This document shows positions 38,101-46,578 of a DNA stretch of 64,000 nt, in pieces. A program made the translations under genes and the position numbers. Positions within the stretch are counted from its first letter, which is position 1; every line of letters begins with the position of its first letter. The stretch lies in NCBI GenBank assembly GCA_030141605.1, contig JAQGDQ010001071.1, positions 1-64,000 of the forward strand, in the 5' to 3' direction. The notes beneath the pieces were generated by a model, which worked only from the letters and a program-made list of their open reading frames with translations, was not told the DNA's origin and made no database searches. Source of the stretch: Tubiluchus corallicola. Lineage: Eukaryota; Animalia; Priapulida.

Positions 38101-38487
38101 TTCAAACGCAATTCGAATCCCATTCGGAAGCTTGAAATGCTGAAATTCTGTTTGATTTGAAAGTCACAAATTTGATTCGATTCGAATTCGTTTTCAGGTA
38201 GAGAATGCTTTACCTCTAACAACGAATGCTTGAAAATTGGCTGGTTTGCATCGTTAAATTTGACAATTTTCTTTTTGCAGAATCTCTGGGAGTCTGGAGA
38301 GATGATAATGCCGCCTCACGTCAAGTTCGGATTCATCCTGCTTCTCATCCTCGTGCTCTGCCAAGTCGTCTTCTTCGTCACCAGCTTCAAGCTCACTAAA
38401 GTTATCGGACTTAGTTTCGTGGCCATGTACGTGATGTTTCTCACGTACGCGTTTATACAGGAACTGCACTGCCACCAGTCATGCTAG
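9701..38487 (+). CDS. SLC24: K+-dependent Na+/Ca2+ exchanger (SLC24/NCKX family), 3' part of a multi-exon gene; join(9701..9862,20720..21010,27164..27375,29701..29854,35003..35173,38281..38487), possibly preceded by 7502..7621
   Basis: Six GT-AG exons join in frame (phases 0,0,2,0,0). The translation has a Ser-rich/acidic cytoplasmic loop, then [23 protein letters not shown], then [49 protein letters not shown] (CaCA alpha-2 repeat in the NCKX form). No alpha-1 half seen in the window. Paralog not assignable. Confidence 0.93.
9921..11157 (-). mobile_element. LINE (CR1/L2-type) 3' UTR copy 1 with an internal 19-bp array
   Basis: Inverted copy of 13769-14562; stem-loop segment and (AATTG)n tail. 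Confidence 0.75.
10270..11032. repeat. 19-bp minisatellite (GAATGCGAGGTTACATTGT) ~40x
   Basis: Direct reading. Confidence 0.97.
11543..11894. mobile_element. Tc1/mariner-pogo-type MITE
   Basis: TA TSD; 26-bp TIR CCGTATTTATTCGAGTATAACGCGCA with 1 mismatch. Confidence 0.88.
12370..12543. repeat. 29-bp minisatellite ~6x
   Basis: GAATGAATACGCCAGCCCTAGACGAGCAA repeated. Confidence 0.85.
13034..13381 (+). mobile_element. hAT-like MITE (TTCGAA-rich family)
   Basis: TIR TAGGGGTGAGTAT / ATGCTCGCCCCTA; TSD CTTTTTAG / CTTTTTAT. Copies at 37820-38218, 45244-45559 and 60573-60912. Confidence 0.85.
13769..14562 (+). mobile_element. LINE (CR1/L2-type) 3' UTR copy 2 with (ATT)n expansion
   Basis: Inverted copy of 9921-11157; AATAAA followed by an (AATTG)n tail. 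Confidence 0.75.
13880..14160. repeat. (ATT)n microsatellite, ~280 bp
   Basis: Direct reading; explains the poly-N/I/L ORFs. Confidence 0.98.
15033..15645 (+). mobile_element. Kolobok-like MITE family A, near full length
   Basis: Starts AAAGGAAGACAGGATGATTTT and ends GTTCTGCT|TTAA. Confidence 0.72.
16025..16335. repeat. ~57-bp degenerate tandem repeat with TGACC(T/C)TGACC motifs, ~5x
   Basis: Direct reading. Confidence 0.8.
16998..17283. repeat. 57-bp minisatellite ~5x
   Basis: GGACTAGTAAACGG..AAAGAGACGTTCTATTAGTC repeated. Confidence 0.92.
17478..18180. repeat. 57-bp minisatellite ~12x
   Basis: GGAAAGAACGAGTCACTCAGTATGTTGGG... repeated; source of the Cys-rich ORFs. Confidence 0.95.
19560..19952. 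mobile_element. hAT-like MITE
   Basis: CAGGGACGTATTAAC ... GTTGATACGCCGCTG with a degenerate 8-bp TSD (CTAATTGA / TTAATTAA). Confidence 0.55.
20720..21010 (+). CDS. SLC24: SLC24 loop exon ([10 protein letters not shown]...[11 protein letters not shown])
   Basis: atgcag acceptor, CAG|GTAACA donor, 291 nt, GC-rich island, phase 0-0. Confidence 0.82.
23205..24377. repeat. 90-bp tandem repeat ~13x with 360-bp higher-order period
   Basis: The pattern of unit variants repeats every four units. Confidence 0.95.
24485..24680 (+). mobile_element. RTE-clade LINE ORF C-terminal remnant
   Basis: Translates as [29 protein letters not shown]...W....NRPSWK, the typical RTE C-terminal motif. Confidence 0.8.
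24675..25012. repeat. 93-bp tandem repeat ~3.6x at the end of the RTE remnant
   Basis: Direct reading. Confidence 0.9.
25120..26115. repeat. ~54-bp minisatellite ~18x
   Basis: TACATTGTTTTTTCGGAAGCAAACAATGCATTCAGCTCAACACACATTCTCTA repeated; source of ORFs 25058, 25383 and 25627. Confidence 0.95.
26115..26294. repeat. 90-bp direct duplication
   Basis: GGCGTTCACACTAGGCAG...AACTCGCAAA occurs twice. Confidence 0.9.
27164..27375 (+). CDS. SLC24: SLC24 exon ([13 protein letters not shown]...[12 protein letters not shown])
   Basis: ctttgcag acceptor, AG|GTAATT donor; an acidic stretch plus the T(I/V)PDC motif typical of NCKX. Confidence 0.92.
27685..28063 (+). pseudogene. partial duplicate of the 3' end of SLC24 exon 29701-29854 plus ~320 bp of the following intron
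   Basis: Near-identical to ~29798-30175. Confidence 0.9.
29122..29672. repeat. ~21-bp degenerate minisatellite upstream of the 29701 acceptor
   Basis: TTGAACAGTAGGTATTGTT-like units. Confidence 0.85.
29701..29854 (+). CDS. SLC24: SLC24 exon (KWFWLSF...[13 protein letters not shown])
   Basis: tattcag acceptor, GTGTGT donor, first half of the alpha-2 repeat. Confidence 0.95.
30522..31238 (+). mobile_element. piggyBac-like MITE, copy 1
   Basis: TTAA|CTCTTTCAGGAC ... GTCGTGAAGGAG|TCAA; homologous to 46668-47342. Confidence 0.75.
32955..33370. repeat. 83-bp tandem repeat ~5x
   Basis: Each unit contains TGACGTCA; explains the staggered ORFs 32884-33363. Confidence 0.92.
35003..35173 (+). CDS. 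SLC24: SLC24 exon ([36 protein letters not shown]...EEK)
   Basis: gatttcag acceptor, AAG|GTAAGC donor, second half of the alpha-2 repeat. Absent from the ORF track. Confidence 0.96.
37158..37595. repeat. 28-30-bp minisatellite ~15x
   Basis: CATTGTGTTCTTTTGTACACATGAAAAACA repeated. Confidence 0.95.
37820..38218 (-). mobile_element. hAT-like MITE (TTCGAA-rich family)
   Basis: Reverse copy of 13034-13381. Confidence 0.8.
38281..38487 (+). CDS. SLC24: SLC24 last coding exon (two TM helices, ends ...QELHCHQSC*)
   Basis: ctttttgcag acceptor, hydrophobic helices with the FKLTK..G....MY..F pattern, TAG stop. Confidence 0.92.
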   Translation, partial: NLWESGEMIMPPHVKFGFILLLILVLCQVVFFVTSFKLTKVIGLSFVAMYVMFLTYAFIQELHCHQSC

Positions 38488-39412
38488 CGGGCGGTACTAT
38501 AGGAAGGCAAATTCAATACAACTTAGTTTATTGCAGCATCTATTTTAGAGGATTCAGAATTTGAATTTGTGCAGCACCAGGAGGACACGAAACAGATCTG
38601 GTTTGTCTGATTTGAATGCCTTAACCATGGAACTGCAGATTGAAACTGAAAATGGGCAGTTTTGGGCACGACCTTGAATAGTAATTCTTTTAAAATTCTA
38701 CACTCACATCTCGGTTTACCGGACAAAAGTGGTGAGACGTCGGTTCGGATTTGTCGATTGTCCGTTTCTCCGATACTAAGCTAATACAGTAGGTGCCGTG
38801 TATTAGACTCACGGTAATGTAGAGTCAGTTGCCTAATTGTGTCAAAAATGACTAGTAAGGGCCACTCCTATGCAAAAGTATATAAAAACTGTCGGCAATT
38901 GACTCAAATAACTCCGGCATAATTGACTCCACAGACGACGTACCACTTTCTAATTTTTTGATCAACTTGAGCTTTTGTGTCACTGCTACATGCACGTTTG
39001 TGTAGTTCTTTCAGACGACATGGTTAAATTATGACTACTAAACCACTTAACACGCTTGCATACAAGTTGCACACGTGTCGTCACACGCTGCTTGGTTACA
39101 CTGATGTAATGGTGTAAACAAAGTGACGGCCGGCCAACAGAAACGACGTACTGTGTCGGTAGTATGCGAGACTTTTTGATTTTGTCCGATTCCGTAAAAG
39201 CGAGGTACGGCAAACCGAGATACGTGCGTGTTTGGCAAATGTATAAAAATCTTGTAACCAGAAATACGGAATTTCAAATTGTTTTTCAAGGCATATAATC
39301 AAACAACAGCTGATGAAAGTTAAGTTAATAAGAAGACCGTACAGTAGAAGAAATAGTCGTGCAGATGTCAGTAAGAGGTTCTCAGAAAATGAATTGTGGA
39401 GATAGGCACCTC

Positions 39413-39853
39413 CAGTGGCGGCTCGTAGCTAAAATTACTGTTGGTGCTGCTTCAGAAAATTTTAATACTGTGTAAAATTCATCAAGTTTATGTATAAACT
39501 TTTGTATGTTTGCTTGTTTAAAATTGCAATTACAAATTACAACATTAAAATTACATGTTTGTTACGTTTTAATTGCAATTTTAAACAAGCAAACATACAA
39601 AAGTTTTTACATAAACTTGATGAATTTTGCTCCTAATTTGTCACAGTTCATGCTTGATCCATTCACGGTTACCACGTGGCAACTGACAGCAAACTGTGTG
39701 AGCGACAGTACTTTCTCTACCTGGGTTCTTTCACGTGCTCTGGCACCGTACAAGTATAAATAAATAAAGAAATAAAAAAACTTATTATCGATATTGTTGT
39801 GTGATAATAGGGGGTGCTGTAGTTCCGCAGTAACTGTATGCGAGCCGCCACTG
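39413..39853. mobile_element. hAT-like MITE with an internal long hairpin
   Basis: TIR CAGTGGCGGCTCG / CGAGCCGCCACTG; 8-bp TSD GGCACCTC / GGCACTTC. End fragments also at ~21345-21456 and ~24448-24483. Confidence 0.85.
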
Positions 39854-40490
39854 GGCACTTCTCTATTGCTACCACCTGGCTGTCATCTTCACATGCAATA
39901 ATCAAGGATGCTGCTGCTTAAAATCACTTATCAATCACACGACTGCATCTAGTGACACCTATTGTTGACTTTAATACATAATCCATGAGATAATAATGTA
40001 TTTTAACATGTAACCATCATAGGGGCACTGGATTCTTCTGGTCGTTGAGTTGTAAAGGTTTGCAAGGTCAGTACAAGGTGCCAGCTTTAAACTTTTGCTT
40101 CGCTTATAGGGGCCAAATAGTTACGGAACTTCTAGCAGCAGTTATGTAAAAATACTCGTTTTACAATTGCAAATGTCACGCGTGTTTAATTTAGCCAGTT
40201 AAAAAATCAAGCTGTAAATTTTTACAAACATTTGTTGTTGTGGGCGTCCTTCTGTCTTAAGCAAACGACCAAAGCCGAGAAGCAGATCCCATCAACGTTT
40301 TTCGATCCTTGAACCACTTTAGTGGCCTCCAGGGCGCACGCCTGGGCAAGGTGTATGGAGATCCTGAGTTGCCGAGACAACAGGAACTCCCTCTCTTCCT
40401 CCATGCTGCAGGAGATGCCGGACTGGTCCTCCTGATTTGGAAGGTTTACTATATAGGTTTGCCTATATAAACTGGTCGTATGTTTGTAAA

Positions 40491-40797
40491 GTCTACGGCC
40501 ATATCACGCAGAAAACACCGGTTCTCGTCTAATCACCGAAGTTAAGCGACGTAGAACCTGGTTAGTACGTGTTTGTGTTGGTTGTGTTGTGTGGGTTTTG
40601 GGTTTTGTTTTTTTTTTGTTTTTTGTGTTGGTGTGTGTTTTTGTTTTGTGGGGTTGGTTTTGTGGTTGTTTTTGTTGTTTTTTTTTGGTTGTTTTTTTGT
40701 TTGGTTGTTGTTTTGTGCATGATGTTCTATACTGTAGGCTCTTTGGAAGGGTGACTGCCTAGAAATACCAGGCATGATGTTCTATACTGTAGGCTCT
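40491..40797 (+). pseudogene. interrupted 5S rRNA pseudogene
   Basis: GTCTACGGCCATA...GAAGTTAAGC...CCTGGTTAGTAC (40491-40568) and TTGGAAGGGTGACTGCCTAGAAATACCAGG...CTGTAGGCT (40743-40795) match metazoan 5S rRNA. Confidence 0.85.
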
Positions 40798-41539
40798 GTC
40801 TATATAAACTGGTTGTATGTTTGTAAATATTTACCACTGATGATGACATCAGTTGCTCTGACGAAACGTTTGGTATGATTTTTTAACTATGTAAATTAAA
40901 AGTTGAAGTACAAATTTGTTTCATGTTTTGTGGCTTATATGATAGCTTATTTTTAGAGAACACAAAGCAATAGGGTCAGTAGGTTATACAGCATTATATT
41001 TTTGTATCCGTTGTGCTGTGATGGATTACAGTTTTGGTTTTGCGGATTATTTCTTACTCATCAGGTTCAGTAAAAGTTTGTGTGAGTGTAAAAATTTTGT
41101 AGCAAGTTTTTGCGGTAATCTCACATATTTATTGATAGACTTGTGATGCAGATGAAACTATCTTGTTTACATGTATCCACTGCTATATTTATGCTAGCCG
41201 ATTGATAATGATGTTGATGATTAATAACAACGTTGTAATATTAGTGATAAGAATTGTTGTATAATTATTGTATAGTTTAACACGTTTTTAATAGAATAGT
41301 GGGAATTTGTTATAGTTCTTATAAGAGGCAATATTTTTAACTTGAGTACGGAGTAAAGCTTAACGTATTTATTCGTTTTAGGGTCCGAGCCCTTATTTTT
41401 TCACCCAAACCAATTACCGAGTCCTGAGACGGGGGAGCGTAGGTCGGTAGCAGAGTGCTTGCTTCCCAGCCCGGTGGTCGCGGGTTCAACTTCCGACCAA
41501 CTCATACCTCAAGAAGTAACTCACAAGCGTGTTCAGACT

Positions 41540-42070
41540 AGAGAGCGAGACTTGCTGCGAGTTACTCTCTAGAGAGCAAGATTTGCTGTGAATTACTCTC
41601 TAAAGAGTGAGACTTGCTGCGAGTTACTCTCTAGAGAGTGGGATTTGCTGCGAGTTACTCTCTAGAGAGTGAGACTTGCTGTGAGTTACTCTCTAGAGAG
41701 CAAGATTTGCTGTGAATTACTCTCTAGAGCGAGACTTGCTGTGAGTTACTCACTAGAGAGCAAGATTTGCTGTGAATTACTCTCTAGAGCGAGACTTGCT
41801 GTGAGTTACTCTCTAGAGCGAGACTTGCTGTGAGTTACTCTCTAGAGAGCGAGACTTGCTGTGAGTTACTCTCAGTGAGCGAGACTTGCTGTGAGTTACT
41901 CTCTAGAGAGCGAGACTTGCTGTGAGTTACTCTCTAGAGAGCGAGACTTGCTGTGAGTTACTCTCTAGAGAGCGGGACTTGCTGTGAGTTACTCTCTAGA
42001 GAGCGAGAGTTGCTGTGAGTTACTCTCTAGAGAGCAAGACTTGCTGTGAGTTACTCTCAGTGAGCGTGAG
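41540..42070. repeat. 29-31-bp minisatellite ~17x following a tRNA-like SINE head (~41427-41500)
   Basis: GAGACTTGCTGTGAGTTACTCTCTAGAGAGC repeated. Confidence 0.93.
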
Positions 42071-42688
42071 ACATACAGTTCTCTGTTCACAGCAAGAAGA
42101 ACTCGTTGAGGCGTCCACACTAGACAGAAAACTTGCTAGTCTAACAGTCAGGCACTTTGCTATGCTTAATAGTTACTTTCAAGACTTCGATACATCATCT
42201 ATACTTATGCTTTCATTATGGTTCCGCGGGCGCTCATATGGACCGCCCATGATTAAGCAGCTCGGTACTAAAATGAATAAATACGGTAAAGTAGCTACTT
42301 AGACGGTAGCTAATAATATGATGAACACTTTTGTATGTAAAACGGATTTTTCTTAAATGTGCTTTTGATTTTGTTGAATTGTGTACCAGTTTTTTTTACT
42401 GTTTTTACCTTTCAGTCCAGTTTTTAATACACGTGTGACAGGAATTTCTAAACCATCGTCTCCAAAGAATATGATATTAACACTGTTACATTTAAGACAA
42501 CAACTTATCTACATATGTTTATAGACTCAATCTACAGCGGCCCCATTTTTAATTTGTAATAATTTATCTTATCTTCATTATTTAACAGCAGTAGAGAATA
42601 CGTGGTGCTATCAACATGCAGTGAAACCTCAAAACGTTGGCATTATGGCAAGTTTGGCATTATAAGCAGGTCGAATAATACCTGTATG

Positions 42689-43196
42689 CAGGGATGAGAA
42701 TGACAAATATCAAAAAACTCTGAAACAGGCCGGGGGTTTGGGGGCCGCGTAAGCCCCCATGGGAGTTCAAGGGGGCGAAGCAACAAAATGCAATTTTGTG
42801 ACCATAGAGAGCCTCTAAGTGGACTTAAAATATCAATTACCTTGTTTCATGCATAATTTAAAATACCCAAGTATCAAGGATACATGATACCTAATTGTCT
42901 CAAAAACACCTAAGTACTGGCCGCTCCTATGCAAAAGTATATAAAAACTGTCTGCAATTGACTCAAATAACTCCGCACAATTGAATATATATTTCTATAC
43001 ATAGAGATATACACGTGGTTACACTGATGTACGTGATGTAAACAAAGTGACGGCCTGCCAACTAGCGATCAGCTTGTGAAATAATGTACTGGTCCGTAAA
43101 AATGTTCTCAACGAATTTATGTGATTTTCAAAAATGACACTATTGGTCTTCCAAAACCTTGGAATTCCGCGTATCCGTGGAAAATTCTCATCCCTG
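42689..43196 (+). mobile_element. hAT-like MITE copy 1, nested in a Tc1/pogo-like shell (~42619-43264)
   Basis: TIR CAGGGATGAGAAT / ATTCTCATCCCTG; outer ends CAGTGAAACCTC / GAGGTTTGACTG|TA. Confidence 0.78.
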
Positions 43197-44492
43197 CAGA
43201 TGCCAACGGCAAATATAGGTACTTTGTTTTGCTAAAAATTTGGAATCATGACGAGGTTTGACTGTATTCTCATTAGGTATTTTCGCAGTTCCAGCGATTG
43301 ATGATGATCGCGAAAAGGTCAAAGGTTAGGTGTACCAGACAGTGCATTTGTGTACCCTTGACAATGCCTCGCAGTCCCATGCTATTGTAATACATGTAGT
43401 AACAGCTAGCTAGAACCTTTACCTAGTTCATTTTTCTTATCCTCGGGCAAGGTTTTGCCAGTAAATCACTCTAATTAATGCATAATTAAGTAAAGTCCAT
43501 GCAAAACAACTGAAGTTTGGTAAACTGATGTGGCAGACGGCCTTGCTTTACCCACGTGTCACGTGACGGTTGTAATTAAAATGCGCTGCTGCGGTACACT
43601 TAACCTTTGACCTACAGCAACTGCGCATGCGTCTAACGAAACTGGGAAAAAGCTTATTGCATAGATTAGTGGATTGTCGATAGTAAGACCTCAGTTGCAA
43701 GTGATGGAAAATTGTTACTAGTAACATTTTTATAGATCAGTAAACCCAGATTTATTAACACCAGCAGGTTATGGTTGTAGATTAGTAGAACTACCTGTTA
43801 TAAATGCCGTGTTGTGTTACAGATATTTGTACATCTGTTGATATTGTAGTCAAAGCGTTTAATTTTTGCATACGTGTACAGATACGTTGTTGTTGTTGTT
43901 AAAAAGAAAGCATTTTAGTTTTGCATATTTGTGTAGAATAGCGGTTATTTTTATTGCGAATGGGAAATGTAGGGAAAATGTGCTACACGATGAATGAAGG
44001 TAAGGCTCGGTTGTAAGCTGTCTTTTGCAAGTAATTCATAATTTATTGTCTGTTATTACAACTATGGTGCACGCATGCCACGAGCAAACAGCGCAGTGTA
44101 GAAATGTGAAGCAGTTAGTGGAAGTTTAGTGGATAAAATATGCAGCTGACAAGTGTAGTGCAGGTCAAAATACAGGTGCAGATTTTGAAAACATGGAGAG
44201 GATGGAGCCAGACGTTGAAACGTTGGGAGTTTCAAGGCTGGCAGTGAGTTCCATTGTGAGACTGTTTCATAGAAAATGAAGCCCGAAGGTAGTTTGTGCT
44301 CAAGGTAATCATAAAATCTATTTTGGATTGATAGAATTTTGTGAAGAGTGAAAGTCAAACTATTTGAGTTGTCTCAGTACATTAATCGCTATAATGAATG
44401 CAATTCACTGTAATGCCTCTGTTTTATTGCACAAAGTGGCGTTTACGTAGCATCCGGAATGCGTGTGCATTTTTGGGAAATAGATAAAAGGG

Positions 44493-44795
44493 TTTATATT
44501 GTTTTCAATTCACTTGTTTATATTGTTTTCAATTCACTTGTTTATATTGTTTTCAATTCACTTGTTTATACTGTTTTCAATTCACTTGTTTATATTGTTT
44601 TCAATTCACTCGTTTATATTGTTTTCATTTCACTCGTTTATATTGTTTTCAATTCACTCGTTTTTATTGTTTCCAATTCACTCGTTTATATTGTTTTCAA
44701 TTCACTCGTTTATATTGTTTTCAATTCACTCGTTTATATTGTTTTCAATTCACTCGTTTATATTGTTTTCAATTCACTTGTTCATACTGTTTTCA
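44493..44795. repeat. 24-bp minisatellite ~12x
   Basis: GTTTATATTGTTTTCAATTCACTC repeated; source of the hydrophobic ORF 44459. Confidence 0.95.
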
Positions 44796-45891
44796 AAGCA
44801 GCTGTTTACATAACCTGCTTTATGTGTTATTTTCTGCAGGTATTTCCTATCGATTTTGATACACAGCTATTTCACAGAATGCACAATGCATTCCGGATGT
44901 TAGACAAACGCCACTTAACACTTGCCGCTTCTAGTTTATTGATTAAGGATTTTATATCTAGAACTCTTGCAGTAACACTTTCTTACGTGGTTGGAGTTAC
45001 TGATGTATACGTTTGTTAATCAAACTACGAATTTTGTTATAAATTAAACCTCTCATTGTTCGGACATGTTAATTGCCGATGTGCAAACTAGGAGGTAAGG
45101 TTTGTGTTTGTTTTCTGTAATGAAGCCATGGAAAATTATGTTTTGCTTACAAGTTTGTTAGCGGGTTAGAGCCTCGAGATAGTCTGTATAAACGAAATAT
45201 ATACTCGGCACAGGAGTTGTATGATGTTAGTTACTTAATAAGTTGGGGTGAGCATTTTCCACCAGAAAGCAAATTCGAATCGAATTTGTGAGCTTCGAGC
45301 TCGAATCAGACCAAATTTCAGCACTTTCGAATTCAAATTTAGTTTTGGGAGATTTACAAATAAAAAGAGGACTCGCACAAAGATCTTGCACATTGCTCGA
45401 TATTCTTCTGCAGTGAAAACGATGACGACTAGTTTAAAATTCTGCAACACAAATTGCAGCTAAATTGTGTGGATTGTATGAGATTACGTTCAAATGGAAG
45501 TCTGAATTAAAAAAAAACTTGTTCGAATCGAATTCGACTGTTCGATGCTCACCATGCTTAGAGCAAAAGTTAATGAAATGAGTGAAATTTTTGGTACTAC
45601 TGTTATTTTTCGTGTATATTATTTTATACGCAGGTTTAGGACGTTCACCACATAGCGATTATACATACGTGCCATAACGTTTGTAACGTTTTGTCGAAGG
45701 TTTTGTAAATATATTATATATTTATAGTCTATAATAAATCCTCTAACTAAGACTTACTATAACCTAAAGTACCGAGTACTGCAGTAGTTGTTTTTGTTGA
45801 CTATAACTTTATGCAAGTTGTTCCCCAGGGAAAACTGGAATAAAAATGAATAAATTTCTAAACACTTGTTGGCGTCTGGCTATGAACACAT

Positions 45892-46385
45892 CCCTGAAGT
45901 AGTTCCCAGTGTAATATGACGGCCGGGAAGAACTGCTCTTGCAAAATCGTTACATTTATTTTCCCTGAAGTAGTTCCCAGTGTAATATGACGGCCGGGAA
46001 GAACTGCTCTTGCAAAATCGTTACATTTATTTTCCATGAATTCCCAGTGTAATATGACGGCCGGGAAGAACTACTCTTGCAAAATCGTTACATTTATTTT
46101 CCATGAAGTAGTTCCCAGTGTAATATGACGGCCGGGAAGAACTGCTCGTGCAAAATCGTTACATTTATTTTCCCTGAAGTAGTTCCCAGTGTAATATGAC
46201 GGCCGGGAAGAACTGCTCTTGCAAAATCGTTACATTTATTTTCCCTGAAGTAGTTCCCAGTGTAATATGACGGCCGGGAAGAACTGCTCTTGCAAAATCG
46301 TTACATTTATTTTCCCTGAAGTAGTTCCCAGTGTAATATGACGGCCGGGAAGAACTGCTCTTGCAAAATCGTTACATTTATTTTA
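45892..46385. repeat. ~70-bp tandem repeat 7x, each unit with a minus-strand AATAAA
   Basis: Direct reading. Confidence 0.95.
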
Positions 46386-46557
46386 TCACATAATTTATGC
46401 GCGTTTATAATTAGACGAACAAACTTTGTTGCACTTGTCAGAATGCTTATTTACAAATTCGCTGTTGGTTGCGAGGAGTCGCAGCTTCCGCTGTCGACGA
46501 ACGGATTATCCTCATCCGAACACGTTAACCGGCAATCATTCGCAACATCCGCGGACG

Positions 46558-46578
46558 TCATTGCAAATGTTTCGGCAC
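46558..46578 (-). CDS. RSRC1: RSRC1-like terminal coding exon (VPKHLQ*)
   Basis: tttttatgcag acceptor in phase 0, TGA stop, AATAAA about 180 nt downstream. Confidence 0.65.
   Translation of the reverse strand: MPKHLQ

Noticed and set aside
40215-40440. GC-richer segment as a coding exon
   Set aside because: No convincing splice sites or ORF; loosely resembles an RTE 5' UTR fragment, which I cannot confirm.
44459-45019. Hydrophobic 186-aa ORF
   Set aside because: Mostly a 24-bp minisatellite; no recognisable domain.
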